DNA from: a virus
Strand: one strand, 5' to 3'
Length of the DNA: 41,626 bases
IMG/VR virus record: IMGVR_UViG_3300046459_000234
Span: 1 to 41,626 of that record
Shown: positions 14,423 through 22,570 of the stretch, piece after piece
Position numbering within the stretch: position 1 is the stretch's first letter
How the letters are laid out: each line of letters opens with the position of its first letter
The notes under the pieces: generated by a model
What the model saw: the letters and a program-made list of their open reading frames with translations, nothing else
What the model was told of the DNA's origin: nothing
Database searches by the model: none
Made by a program: the position numbers and the translations under genes

Positions 14423-15718
14423 TCAGAACGGGGGCTCGCCGTCGAGGGCGGTCACGGCGGCGGACGCGTCGAGGGCGGCGTCGAGGCGGGCGGTGATCGC
14501 CTCGGCGCGGCGGGCGAGGTCGCCGGGCGTGGGGCGCGGCCGAGGGCGGCAAGCGTCGTGCCACTCGGTACCGGTGGGGATCGGGTACCCGCATCCCTCG
14601 CAGCGTGCGGCGAGCTGGGCGTCGCGGTGGGAGTGCGGGCCGTGCTCGCACGGTACGACCTCAACGGCCTTACTGCCGGTGTAGCGCAGCACGTCGGCGC
14701 GGTCGTGAGCCTCGCGGCGGCCGAGGCCGCACATGATGAACCCTTGCCACTCGCCCCGGATCACTACGCGGTGCGTTACGGCCCACATCTGTACGGGCGG
14801 GAGCGCGAGGGGTTGCGGCTGCTCGGGGGCGAACAGGGCGGGGTACGTGCGGGCGAGGTAGGCGTCGACGGATGCGCGGGTGACCTCGGGCGAGCAGGTC
14901 GCGGCGGTGGGCACCATGGCCGGCGCGGTGCGGTCGAACAGGGCGCCCTGTTCCGTGGCGGGGGCGAGGTCGAACAGGCCGTCGGCCGGCCGCTCGCCGA
15001 TCCATGCGCCCCGCCACGTCCCGTCGGTGGCCTCGGCCTCGGTGAGCAGCTGGGCGGCGTACAGGGCTTCGGCGTCCTCGACGGTGGCGACGCCGGCCTC
15101 GACCTGCTCGGCGTACTCGACGGCGTCGACGGCGCGCGCCGCGGTGGCGAACTGCTCGGCGACCTCGGCCTCGACGGCGTCGAGGCGCTGCTCGGCGGCG
15201 AGGGCGAACCCGTGCTCGCGGGCGATCTGCTCGGCGGCCTCGATGCTCGGGACGTACAGGCCGTCGTCGAGGGTGCGCGGGTCGCCGTCGATGCCGTGCA
15301 GTTCACCGCGGGCGACGGTGACGGCGGCCGGCCACGCGCTACGGAGGAACCCGACCACGCCCTCGCGCTCGATGATCAGTACGTCGCCGTCGCGGATGTC
15401 GTCGCCGCACTGGGTGCGGTTGTACGCGTCTTCGGTGCTGTCGTACTTGTGGACCATGAGGGCGGGCGAGTGGCCGGCGCGGGCGATCCACAGGCGGGCG
15501 GCGTCGCGCGTCGCGCGGGTGTAGGCGCGGGGGATGCTGAGGATGTGCTCGGCGTGCCGGCTGATGATGTGCAGCACGCGCGTGCTGGTCGGCTCGATGA
15601 CCAGGGTTCGGCCCCGTCCGCGGCGGGCGGCGTCGAGGGCGGCGGCGGTCTCCTCGTCGCCGATGTACTGCGCGGCGAGGTGGTCGGCGAGGGCGCCGGG
15701 AATGGTGACTGTGCTCAT
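14423..15718 (-). CDS. Hypothetical 431-aa early protein with Cys-rich C-domain and SSB-like EPPF C-terminus
   Basis: ATG at 15718 follows AGGGAGCAACCCCCA. The C-terminal part reads ..CEHGPHSHRDAQLAARCEGCGYPIPTGTEWHDAC.. and the protein ends ..ALDGEPPF. Confidence 0.7.
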   Translation of the reverse strand: MSTVTIPGALADHLAAQYIGDEETAAALDAARRGRGRTLVIEPTSTRVLHIISRHAEHILSIPRAYTRATRDAARLWIARAGHSPALMVHKYDSTEDAYNRTQCGDDIRDGDVLIIEREGVVGFLRSAWPAAVTVARGELHGIDGDPRTLDDGLYVPSIEAAEQIAREHGFALAAEQRLDAVEAEVAEQFATAARAVDAVEYAEQVEAGVATVEDAEALYAAQLLTEAEATDGTWRGAWIGERPADGLFDLAPATEQGALFDRTAPAMVPTAATCSPEVTRASVDAYLARTYPALFAPEQPQPLALPPVQMWAVTHRVVIRGEWQGFIMCGLGRREAHDRADVLRYTGSKAVEVVPCEHGPHSHRDAQLAARCEGCGYPIPTGTEWHDACRPRPRPTPGDLARRAEAITARLDAALDASAAVTALDGEPPF

Positions 15719-15748
15719 TGGGGGTTGCTCCCTATGGCGATTCGGTGT

Positions 15749-15786
15749 GCCGGGTGGAGGCCGGCGCCGCCGGGTGGAGTCCGGCG
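15749..15786. repeat. 18-bp direct repeat x2 with 20-bp period in an intergenic region
   Basis: gccgggtggagGccggcg (15749-15766) and gccgggtggagTccggcg (15769-15786), 17/18 identical. They lie 30-70 nt upstream of the ATG at 15718. Confidence 0.7.
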
Positions 15787-15860
15787 GATTGCCAACGTAG
15801 CGCATGACGTACTGAGTACACAAGCGATCGTGTACCGAGTTCACTACTTGGGAATGGGTG

Positions 15861-15890
15861 AGGGGGTACCGGTCAACTCCGGTACCCCCT
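15861..15890 (-). terminator. Perfect 12-bp hairpin after the 274-aa gene
   Basis: agggggtaccgg-tcaact-ccggtaccccct. Confidence 0.6.
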
Positions 15891-15912
15891 GGGCGAGTTG
15901 GGCGGGCCCCGG

Positions 15913-16737
15913 CTACGCCTCGGCGTCTCGCCGGCGGGCGTCGAGGGCGACCCACAGGCCGACCAGGTCGGCGCCCCGCCATGCGCGGCGGTGGCGCTCG
16001 TCGAGCAGGACGGGCGCGCCGCACGCCTCGCCCGTCGAGCAGGTGACGACCGGTTCGCCGCCGGGGCGGGTGTGGCCGGCGAGCTGCCCGCCACAGAAGG
16101 GGCACGGCTCGTCGAGGGCGGTCGTGCGGCCGTCGCGGCCGAGGGCCCGCTCGACGGTGCGGCGCGCGGTGCGGGCGGTCGCGGCGAGGTGGTCCAGCAC
16201 GCGGGCGGGCATCGGCCCGAACAGGTCGCCGCTCATCTCGTCGAGGGCGCGCCCCTCAAGCCACACGGCGGCCCAGTGCAGACCGAACGCGCGCGAACCG
16301 GTCGAGGTCTGCGCCTGGTAGTGCCACCGTGCGGGGTCGGCGGCGTCGGCCTGGTCGACGATGAACCGGCCTCGGCTGTCGCGGGCGGGCCGTATGGGGC
16401 GCTGCACGTACTCGGCGACCTGGTCGGCGAGGTCGAATAGGTCCCGCTCGACCGCGAGGGCGGCGTCGAGGGCGTCGAGGTTGAGCGGTGCGGGGTGCTC
16501 GCGGATGGTGAGCGGGAGACGACCGACAACGGCCTCGACGGGCTGCTCGTCGTCCTCGCCGCGGTCGTCGGCGGCGAGCTGGTCGAGAAACCCTGTGCAC
16601 TCGCGGGGCGGCCACGTCGCGGCCGGCCGGCGACCGATAGCGGCGAGCAGGTCGCCCCACTGCTCGCGCACGGCGGCGAGGTCGACGGCGGCGCGGTGAG
16701 CGATCGGCGGAACGGTGGGGGCGAGGGCGGTCGTCAT
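15913..16737 (-). CDS. Hypothetical protein with C-terminal zinc ribbon
   Basis: 274 aa, with ..EPCPFCGGQLAGHTRPGGEPVVTCSTGEACG.. near the C-terminus. Confidence 0.7.
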   Translation of the reverse strand: MTTALAPTVPPIAHRAAVDLAAVREQWGDLLAAIGRRPAATWPPRECTGFLDQLAADDRGEDDEQPVEAVVGRLPLTIREHPAPLNLDALDAALAVERDLFDLADQVAEYVQRPIRPARDSRGRFIVDQADAADPARWHYQAQTSTGSRAFGLHWAAVWLEGRALDEMSGDLFGPMPARVLDHLAATARTARRTVERALGRDGRTTALDEPCPFCGGQLAGHTRPGGEPVVTCSTGEACGAPVLLDERHRRAWRGADLVGLWVALDARRRDAEA

Positions 16738-16753
16738 GTGCGCTGCTCCTGGG

Positions 16754-17023
16754 CTATCTGCGGTGTACGGGGCGGGCGGGGCCGTGCGGTGACTGCCACG
16801 CGGGGCGGTCGCGCGGTCGGCGGCGCGGCGGGGCGAGGGCGTAGTCGTCCGGGTTCGCGGCGCGGGCGGCCTCGACGGCTTGCGCGAGGGCCTGGGCGGC
16901 GGCGCGCACTGCTGGGGTGATCGCCTCGACCCACGCCCGCAGTGCTGCGCCCAGCTGCTCGACGGCCTCGCGCACCTGCTCGGGGTCGACGGCCGGCGGC
17001 GTGGCCGGCTGCTCCTCGGTCAT
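16754..17023 (-). CDS. Hypothetical protein
   Basis: 89 aa. ATGA overlap with the upstream gene. Acidic helical N-half. Confidence 0.55.
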   Translation of the reverse strand: MTEEQPATPPAVDPEQVREAVEQLGAALRAWVEAITPAVRAAAQALAQAVEAARAANPDDYALAPPRRRPRDRPAWQSPHGPARPVHRR

Positions 17024-17772
17024 GACCGGCTGGCCTGGTCGAGGGCGTACCGGACGCGCTCGGCTACGTCGTGCCGGCCGTTGGCGTACGCGAGGTCGTT
17101 CGGTAGGCCGAGGCGCGGCCGTGGCTCGTCGGGCAGTGCGGCCCGGACGGCGGCGACCTGCTGCTCGGCGACCTTGGCGCGCTGGTACTCGGCGCGGGCG
17201 TCGGCCCCGTTGTCGCGCGCGTCCTTCTCCAGCTTCCCGGCGCGGTGCTCGGCGGCGGCGAGCTGGTGGCGCAGCTTCTCGCAGTGCAGCCGGTAGCGGT
17301 CGGCGCGTTCCTCGGCGTCGAGGCGCGCCCGGTGGTCGTACCGGTCGACGGCCTCGACCTGCTCGGCGGTGCTCGCCGCGGCGCGTACCTCCGCGAGGGC
17401 GCCCTCGGCACGGCTGGCGCGGGCGAGGGCGTACATGTGCGCGTCGAGGGCGTCGGGCCCGTATATGGCGCGGTACGCCCTGAGCTGTTCCTCGGCGTCC
17501 GCGGCGCGCTGCTCGGCCTCGCGTATCGCGTCCTCGGCGGCCTCGATGCGCCGGCCCTCGCGCTGAATGGCGGTCTGCTGGCCGGCCACGGTGGCGCGCA
17601 GTGCGTTGGACTCCTCGACCTCGACCTCGACGTGTGCGCGCAGTAGGGCGGCCTCGGCCGGGGTGAGGGTGACGCCGCGCAGCGTGCGGGAGATCAGGAC
17701 GAACAGGGACTCGCGTCGGGTGGCGCGGTCGGCGGCGCGGCGCTTGCGTTCGGCCATGGTGCGGCGGGTCAT
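17020..17772 (-). CDS. Hypothetical coiled-coil protein
   Basis: 250 aa. ATG at 17772 overlaps the upstream stop (ATGA). Long Ala/Glu/Arg heptad-like helices. Confidence 0.65.
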   Translation of the reverse strand: MTRRTMAERKRRAADRATRRESLFVLISRTLRGVTLTPAEAALLRAHVEVEVEESNALRATVAGQQTAIQREGRRIEAAEDAIREAEQRAADAEEQLRAYRAIYGPDALDAHMYALARASRAEGALAEVRAAASTAEQVEAVDRYDHRARLDAEERADRYRLHCEKLRHQLAAAEHRAGKLEKDARDNGADARAEYQRAKVAEQQVAAVRAALPDEPRPRLGLPNDLAYANGRHDVAERVRYALDQASRS

Positions 17773-17903
17773 CGGGCGGCCTGCTCGGCCTCGGCGCGGG
17801 CGCGGCGTCGGCATACGGGGCCGAGGCCGTCGGCGGCCGGGTACTTGAGCGGCCGGCCGCAGTTCGAGCAGCTGCTCGCGGTGTCGTCGTCGTGGTCGTT
17901 CAT
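17769..17903 (-). CDS. Small Cys4 zinc-ribbon protein (44 aa)
   Basis: MNDHDDDTASSCSNCGRPLKYPAADGLGPVCRRRARAEAEQAAR. SD AGGAGA, and an ATGA overlap with the upstream stop. Confidence 0.6.
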   Translation of the reverse strand: MNDHDDDTASSCSNCGRPLKYPAADGLGPVCRRRARAEAEQAAR

Positions 17904-18121
17904 CGGTCGTTCTCCTGAGTCCGTTCGGTGAGCACTCGGCACGTGGTGCAGCTGCGGGGGCATCGGCCTTCACCCTTGGCGAGGCGCAACAGGGCGCGGT
18001 CGGCGTCGCGGGCGCGGTTGCGGGCGAGGGGGCCGGGGTCGCGCCGGCATGCCCACAGGCCGAGGGGCACGCCGGACGCGACGACCAGGGCGACGACGAT
18101 CGCCCATGCGAGGCCGCTCAC
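17900..18121 (-). CDS. Small membrane protein (N-terminal TM helix)
   Basis: VSGLAWAIVVALVVASGVPLGLWA.. followed by CPRSCTTC. GTGA overlap with the upstream stop. Confidence 0.5.
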   Translation of the reverse strand: MSGLAWAIVVALVVASGVPLGLWACRRDPGPLARNRARDADRALLRLAKGEGRCPRSCTTCRVLTERTQENDR

Positions 18122-18726
18122 TGGGTGGCCTGGGCGTCGAGGCCGATCGCGTGGCGGTCGAGCAGCTTCCGCGTGTGGGCCATGCCGGTGATCAGGCCGC
18201 GCGTGCCGCGGTTCACGCCGTGTTCGTCGCGGTACTCGTCGGCGTCCCGCTGGGCGAGGGCGGACAGTTCGCGGGTGTGGGCGGCGAGGATGACCAGGGC
18301 GGCGGCGAGGGCCTGCTCGGGCGTGCGCGGGGCGTCGTCGAGCAGTACGTCGCGCAGCGTGATCACGGCCGGGTGTTGCTCGCCCTCGTTGAACGCGAGG
18401 GCGCCCCGTACGTCGTCGACCCAATTCGTCGGGGCCTGCTGCTCCTCGTCGGGCAGCTGGTCGGCGACCGCGGCGAGCAGGGCGTCGAGGCCGGCCGGGC
18501 GCGGCACGGGCGCGTCATGGATGGGGCACGGCGCGGCGGTCGCGAGGGCGGTGTCGCAGTGTCCCGCGGGGCCCTCGATGCTCGCGGCGAGCTGCCGAAG
18601 GATGTTCGCGGCCACGGGGCGCGGGAGGTTGCACGCCACGTCGGCCGGTCCCTCGTTCGGCACGGCGACGATCAGACGGTGAGTGTCGAGCGAGGCGACG
18701 GCGACGGCGTCGGGAATGCGGGTCAT
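18118..18726 (-). CDS. Hypothetical protein
   Basis: 202 aa. ATG at 18726 follows CAGGAGCGCCACCCC. Balanced amino acid composition. Confidence 0.65.
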   Translation of the reverse strand: MTRIPDAVAVASLDTHRLIVAVPNEGPADVACNLPRPVAANILRQLAASIEGPAGHCDTALATAAPCPIHDAPVPRPAGLDALLAAVADQLPDEEQQAPTNWVDDVRGALAFNEGEQHPAVITLRDVLLDDAPRTPEQALAAALVILAAHTRELSALAQRDADEYRDEHGVNRGTRGLITGMAHTRKLLDRHAIGLDAQATQ

Positions 18727-18786
18727 GGGGTGGCGCTCCTGTCTCGGGTTCGAGGGGTCGAGGTGGTGCTCACGCGCGCGGGAGGG

Positions 18787-18815
18787 CCCGCGACCGGACG
18801 CGCGCCGGTCGCGGG
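18787..18815 (-). terminator. Perfect 11-bp hairpin after ssb
   Basis: cccgcgaccgg-acgcgcg-ccggtcgcggg. Confidence 0.6.
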
Positions 18816-18821
18816 GGCCGA

Positions 18822-19310
18822 TCAGAACGGGGGCTCGTTGCCGTTTCCGTGGGTGGCCCACGGGTCGCCGGCGGGCTGCTGGCCGTATCCCTGGGACTGC
18901 TGTCCGTACGACTGCTGGGCGGGCTGCTGGGCGCCCTGGGCGTTGCCGTTGGCCTTGGTCACGACCGCGGTCGCGCGGAGCAGGCTCGGGGCGACCTCGT
19001 CGGCCTGAATCTCGTAACTGCTGCGCTTGCTTCCGTCGTTGGCCTCGTACTGGCGCTGGGTGAGGCGCCCGACGATGATCACGCGCATGCCGCGCTGTAC
19101 GGACTCGGCGACGTGCTCGGCCTGCTGGCGCCATACGGCCACGCCGAGGAACAGGGGCTCGCCGTCCTCGAATTCGTTCGTCTGTCGGTTGAACTTCCGC
19201 GGGGTCGAGGCCACTCGGAAGTTGCAGACGGCGGCGCCGGACGGGGTGAACCTGAGTTCGGGGTCGGCAACGACGTTGCCGGTCATGGTGATGGGGGTGT
19301 CGCCACTCAT
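18822..19310 (-). CDS. ssb: Single-stranded DNA-binding protein
   Basis: OB-fold N-terminus ([45 protein letters not shown]..), a Gly/Gln-rich linker, and the C-terminal tip NEPPF. Confidence 0.9.
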   Translation of the reverse strand: MSGDTPITMTGNVVADPELRFTPSGAAVCNFRVASTPRKFNRQTNEFEDGEPLFLGVAVWRQQAEHVAESVQRGMRVIIVGRLTQRQYEANDGSKRSSYEIQADEVAPSLLRATAVVTKANGNAQGAQQPAQQSYGQQSQGYGQQPAGDPWATHGNGNEPPF

Positions 19311-19313
19311 GGG

Positions 19314-19826
19314 TTACGCGGCCCTTTCGAGGTGGGGTGTGCGGGGTCGGATGTGCTCGACGGGGGCGAGGCGGTCCTCGCGGGCGCGGGCGCGTGAGGC
19401 GCGGGCCTGGGCGTTCTTGCACGCGCGGCACTTGCGCGTTCCGTTGCGGGCCCGGATGGTGTTCGCCTGGTCGTAGGCGTGGCCGGCCGGGCAGTGCGTG
19501 ACGGCGGCGCGGGCGGCGACGTGGTTCGTCGAGCGGAGGATGTTCACGCGGTGCGTGACGGCCTCAAGGTGGGCGGGTGCGACGCACGCGCGGCGGCGGC
19601 ATCGGTGGTCGACCTCAAGGCCGGCCGGTATCGGGCCGTTGGCCTGTTCGTACGCGTAGCGGTGGGCCTTGACGGTGCGGCCGGCGACGTAGAACGTCCC
19701 GTAACCCTTCTCGTTCTCGGCGCCTTCCCACATCTGGCAGGGGCCGGGGCAGTCTCGGCGGAGTGACCAGGGGCCCGCGGTGTTCACCTTGGCGGCGAAC
19801 CGTGCGGCCGGGGTGGGCCGGTCCAT
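19314..19826 (-). CDS. HNH endonuclease
   Basis: ..KGYGTFYVAGRTVKAHRYAYEQANGPIPAGLEVDHRCRRRACVAPAHLEAVTHRVN.. plus a C-terminal Cys cluster. Confidence 0.85.
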   Translation of the reverse strand: MDRPTPAARFAAKVNTAGPWSLRRDCPGPCQMWEGAENEKGYGTFYVAGRTVKAHRYAYEQANGPIPAGLEVDHRCRRRACVAPAHLEAVTHRVNILRSTNHVAARAAVTHCPAGHAYDQANTIRARNGTRKCRACKNAQARASRARAREDRLAPVEHIRPRTPHLERAA

Positions 19827-19863
19827 GGATGTACCTCCGTCGGGATGTAGTGGCCTTGCCAGA

Positions 19864-19892
19864 CAGACAGGCTATCTGTCTGGGCAGAAAGT
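19864..19892 (-). promoter_or_regulatory. Operator-like motif, copy 2 (CAGACAG-N5-CTGTC-N4-CAGAAAGT)
   Basis: cagacag gctat ctgtc tggg cagaaagt. It has the same spacing as 25674-25702 and lies 38 nt upstream of the HNH start, after a hairpin. Confidence 0.55.
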
Positions 19893-19945
19893 TAGCAGAC
19901 AGGGGGGCGCCTCGGTCTACGGGGAAACGCCCCCCGGTCGAGCGG

Positions 19946-20116
19946 CTACGCGGCCACTGGGGCGCCGCTCTCGGGCTCGTCGAGGATGAGCGTCCACCCC
20001 ACGGCCGTGAGTTCGTCCGCGACGAACTCGGCCACGTCCTCGGCACTGTCGAGGCCGTTCCCGCGCGCGACCTCGACCGCGGCCCGGATGGCGGCGAGGG
20101 CGGCGTCGGGCATCAT
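19946..20116 (-). CDS. Hypothetical small acidic protein
   Basis: 56 aa. ATGA overlap with the upstream stop. Confidence 0.55.
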   Translation of the reverse strand: MMPDAALAAIRAAVEVARGNGLDSAEDVAEFVADELTAVGWTLILDEPESGAPVAA

Positions 20117-20592
20117 CGCTGCGCCCCGGTGACGTGTCGGGCCTCGCGGCGTCCGCACTGCTCGCGGGCGACCGGCGGGCGAACCATCATGCGGGCGAGG
20201 GCGTCGAGGTCCCGCTCGGATCGCTCGGCGGCGGCCCGGCGGGCGACCTCGGCCTCGACGGTGGCGCGGTGCTGCTGCTCGCGGCGGCGGCGCTCCTCGG
20301 CGGCGGCCCGGTGGCGCTCGGCGACCAGGGCGGGCCCGTCGACCTCGAACCACGTCGACCACTGGCCGTACCCCTGGTGTTCCTCGACGATCACGTACGC
20401 GCCCTGGTCGGCCATCTCGCGCGCGATGCGGCGGGCGGCCTTGCGGTCGCTGGTCGGCTTCACCGCGGGGCGGTTCGGGCGGGCGTTCCAACTGCCCGTG
20501 ATCCGGTACCCGCTGGTGTTCTTCGTGCGGTCGGTGGCCGTGGCGCGGCGGCGGTGCGGGCCGCGGTCGGGGTGCTTGCTGTTGCGGTTCAT
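20113..20592 (-). CDS. Hypothetical protein
   Basis: 159 aa (..DQGAYVIVEEHQGYGQWSTWFEVDGPALV..). ATGA overlap with the upstream stop. Confidence 0.6.
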   Translation of the reverse strand: MNRNSKHPDRGPHRRRATATDRTKNTSGYRITGSWNARPNRPAVKPTSDRKAARRIAREMADQGAYVIVEEHQGYGQWSTWFEVDGPALVAERHRAAAEERRRREQQHRATVEAEVARRAAAERSERDLDALARMMVRPPVAREQCGRREARHVTGAQR

Positions 20593-21293
20593 GCGGCCGG
20601 CTCCCTGGGGGCGTAGTGCTGCGCGGTGGCGAGGTCGAGGCGGGACGGGTGCGGCGTGGTGCGGTCCGTGCGACGCTTCCCGCCCGACTGGCACGGCTGG
20701 CCGGCGGTGGCGCGGCACGGCGGGTGTGGGCACGTCACGTCGAGCGGGTCGGGGAGGTTCGCGGCGGCGCGGCGCTCGCGTTCGGCTCGCGTCTTGCGGA
20801 ACTCGGCGAGGGCGTCGGCGACGGTGCGCGGCATGTAGTCGCCGAGGGCGGCGAGGCGGGCGGCGGCGAACTCGTTCCGCTCGTCGCGGGTGCTGCCTCC
20901 GGTCAACTCGCGGTATACGGCCGGCGCGGCCTGCCCGGTGGCTATGGCCTGCCTGGTGTTGGCGAGGGCGGCGCGGTACGCGGTCTGGTCGTCCGGGTCG
21001 ACGGGCGGCACGGGGTCGGTGTGGCGGCCGAGTACGTCGGCCTTGAAGGTGTGCCACGGGCGCGACACGTCGCTCGGCTGGATGCGGTACGGGCTGCTCG
21101 CGATGTGGTGGCGGACGACGTGGCCGGCGTGCCAGTCGCGGCCGTCGGGGTGCGGGGCGGTCGGGGGCACGTCGGCGAGCAGGTCGAACCACTGGTCGAG
21201 GCGTTCGTCGGCCTCGGCCTGGTCGGCCGGGGCGAGGCGGGGGTCGAGGCGCACGGCGTAGGCGAGCAGGGCGGCCACTTCTTCGCGCTTCAC
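20589..21293 (-). CDS. Hypothetical protein with C-terminal zinc-finger-like motif
   Basis: 234 aa. GTGA overlap with the upstream stop. C-terminal region reads ..VTCPHPPCRATAGQPCQSGG..HPSR... Confidence 0.65.
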   Translation of the reverse strand: MKREEVAALLAYAVRLDPRLAPADQAEADERLDQWFDLLADVPPTAPHPDGRDWHAGHVVRHHIASSPYRIQPSDVSRPWHTFKADVLGRHTDPVPPVDPDDQTAYRAALANTRQAIATGQAAPAVYRELTGGSTRDERNEFAAARLAALGDYMPRTVADALAEFRKTRAERERRAAANLPDPLDVTCPHPPCRATAGQPCQSGGKRRTDRTTPHPSRLDLATAQHYAPREPAA

Positions 21294-22246
21294 TGGGCGT
21301 TCTCCTGGGGGTTGAGGGCGGCGGCGAACATGTCGGCGGCGCGGGCTACGCGGCCGGGACGGGCGGCGTCGAGGGGGATCACGTCGGCTCCGGGCGCGGT
21401 CGGGGCGCCGGCGGGGACGGGCGGGAGCGCGGTCCATCCGGGCAGGAAGTACCGGACCGACCGCGGGCGGGAACGGGCGCGGCGCCACTGCTCGCGGGCG
21501 TGGTCGACCAGGGCCGGGACGGCGGTCCGGGCGACGATCGCCTCAAGGCGGAACCACTCGGCCGTTTCGAGCGACCACTCGACGACGATCCCGGCGGCGG
21601 TGAGTTCGTCGCGGAGCGGGACAACGTTCGGCGGCACGGCGGGGGTCGAGCCGTAGCTAGCTAGCTGTACCTCCGTAGGAGGTACAGCGGGTCGGGTCGG
21701 GTCGGGTCGGGGGGACCGTGACGGGTCCATACCGTCACGCTGTGACGATGCGCCCTGACCTGGGATTTCATCCGGAAACTCGATCTGATTCGCGAACGAT
21801 TCGCGATTTTCCGGCGTCGGATCGTCGTCGATTCGCGGACGATTCGCCGACGAATCGAGCGGATTACGCTCCTGGTTCCGCTGTTCGGCGGCCTTCTCGC
21901 GGGCCCGCTGCTGGCGCTCGGCGGAGCGTGCGCGTTCGTCCTCGACCTTGGCGCGGGTCGGGTTGTAGATCAGGAAGTCGTGCATGTAGTAGTCGCCGGG
22001 GGCCGGCTGCTTGCACTTCGGGGCCGGGCACGCGTGGCCGTGGGCGTGCCACAGGCCGGCGCTGACCAGCTTCCGGGCCTGGGGCGCGGTGCCGTACAGC
22101 TGGGCGACGACGCCCGGTATAACGCCCTCGGTGAGGTGCTGCGCGGCGTAGGCGCCCGCGCGCACCCACAGGCCGACCGCGGCGTTACCGGCCTTGAGGG
22201 CCTTGGGGTGGCCATAGAACGTGTCGTCGACTTTGAACCAGGTCAC
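21290..22246 (-). CDS. Replication initiator / replisome-organizer-like protein containing the origin
   Basis: 318 aa. N-terminus reads MTWFKVDDTFYGHPKALKAGNAAVGLWVRAGAY... The central low-complexity linker is encoded by the iteron/palindrome region. GTG follows AGGAGCACAACCCCC. Confidence 0.7.
   Translation of the reverse strand: MTWFKVDDTFYGHPKALKAGNAAVGLWVRAGAYAAQHLTEGVIPGVVAQLYGTAPQARKLVSAGLWHAHGHACPAPKCKQPAPGDYYMHDFLIYNPTRAKVEDERARSAERQQRAREKAAEQRNQERNPLDSSANRPRIDDDPTPENRESFANQIEFPDEIPGQGASSQRDGMDPSRSPRPDPTRPAVPPTEVQLASYGSTPAVPPNVVPLRDELTAAGIVVEWSLETAEWFRLEAIVARTAVPALVDHAREQWRRARSRPRSVRYFLPGWTALPPVPAGAPTAPGADVIPLDAARPGRVARAADMFAAALNPQENAQ
21656..21708. repeat. Palindromes plus (GGGTC)x4 at the ori-like region
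   Basis: gctagctagc (21656-21665); gctgtacctcc-gta-ggaggtacagc, an 11-bp perfect inverted repeat (21664-21688); gggtc x4 (21689-21708). Confidence 0.85.
21787..21869. repeat. Iteron array GATTCGC (x4, paired 11 bp apart) plus degenerate and inverted copies
   Basis: GATTCGC starts at 21787, 21798, 21830 and 21841. An inverted cgaatcg lies at 21851, and GATTACGC at 21862. The local sequence is AT-richer. Confidence 0.8.
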
Positions 22247-22321
22247 GGGGGTTGTGCTCCTGTCGAGGGGTGGGCGCCGGCGGCGAGGGGCGTCGATGGC
22301 TCGTCCTCGCCGCCGGGCCGG

Positions 22322-22570
22322 TCATGGGGTGGGGCGGAAGAACGGGCGGGTGCGGGCCGGCTGGTGCTCCTCGCATCTCCAGCCGCACGGGTACGGGCGC
22401 ACGGGGACGGCTCCGCATCGGGGGTTGCCGTGCCCGCAGTCCTTCGCCGGCTTGTCCTCGGCGGCCGGGGCCTCGACCTCGACGGCGAGCTGTCCGGGCA
22501 CGTTCTCGGGTGGCGGCTCGTCGAGGCGGCGGCGCATGGCGGCGAGGGTTGCGGCGGTCGCGCGGGTCAC
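22322..22570 (-). CDS. Hypothetical Cys-containing small protein
   Basis: 82 aa. ATGA overlap with the upstream stop. High third-position GC. Motif ..CGHGNPRCGAVPVRPYPCGWRCEEH... Confidence 0.6.
   Translation of the reverse strand: MTRATAATLAAMRRRLDEPPPENVPGQLAVEVEAPAAEDKPAKDCGHGNPRCGAVPVRPYPCGWRCEEHQPARTRPFFRPTP

Noticed and set aside
14216-16321. 701-aa plus-strand ORF, and similar ORFs at 19763-21046 and 20616-21656
   Set aside because: They are Gly/Arg/Ala-rich antisense frames. The opposite strand holds a chain of coupled genes with ATGA/GTGA junctions and SD sequences.
19916-19929. 14-mer tctacggggaaacg shared with 30334-30347, both next to hairpins
   Set aside because: A few 14-mer coincidences are expected by chance in 41 kb on two strands. 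The flanks do not align, so I treat it as coincidence.
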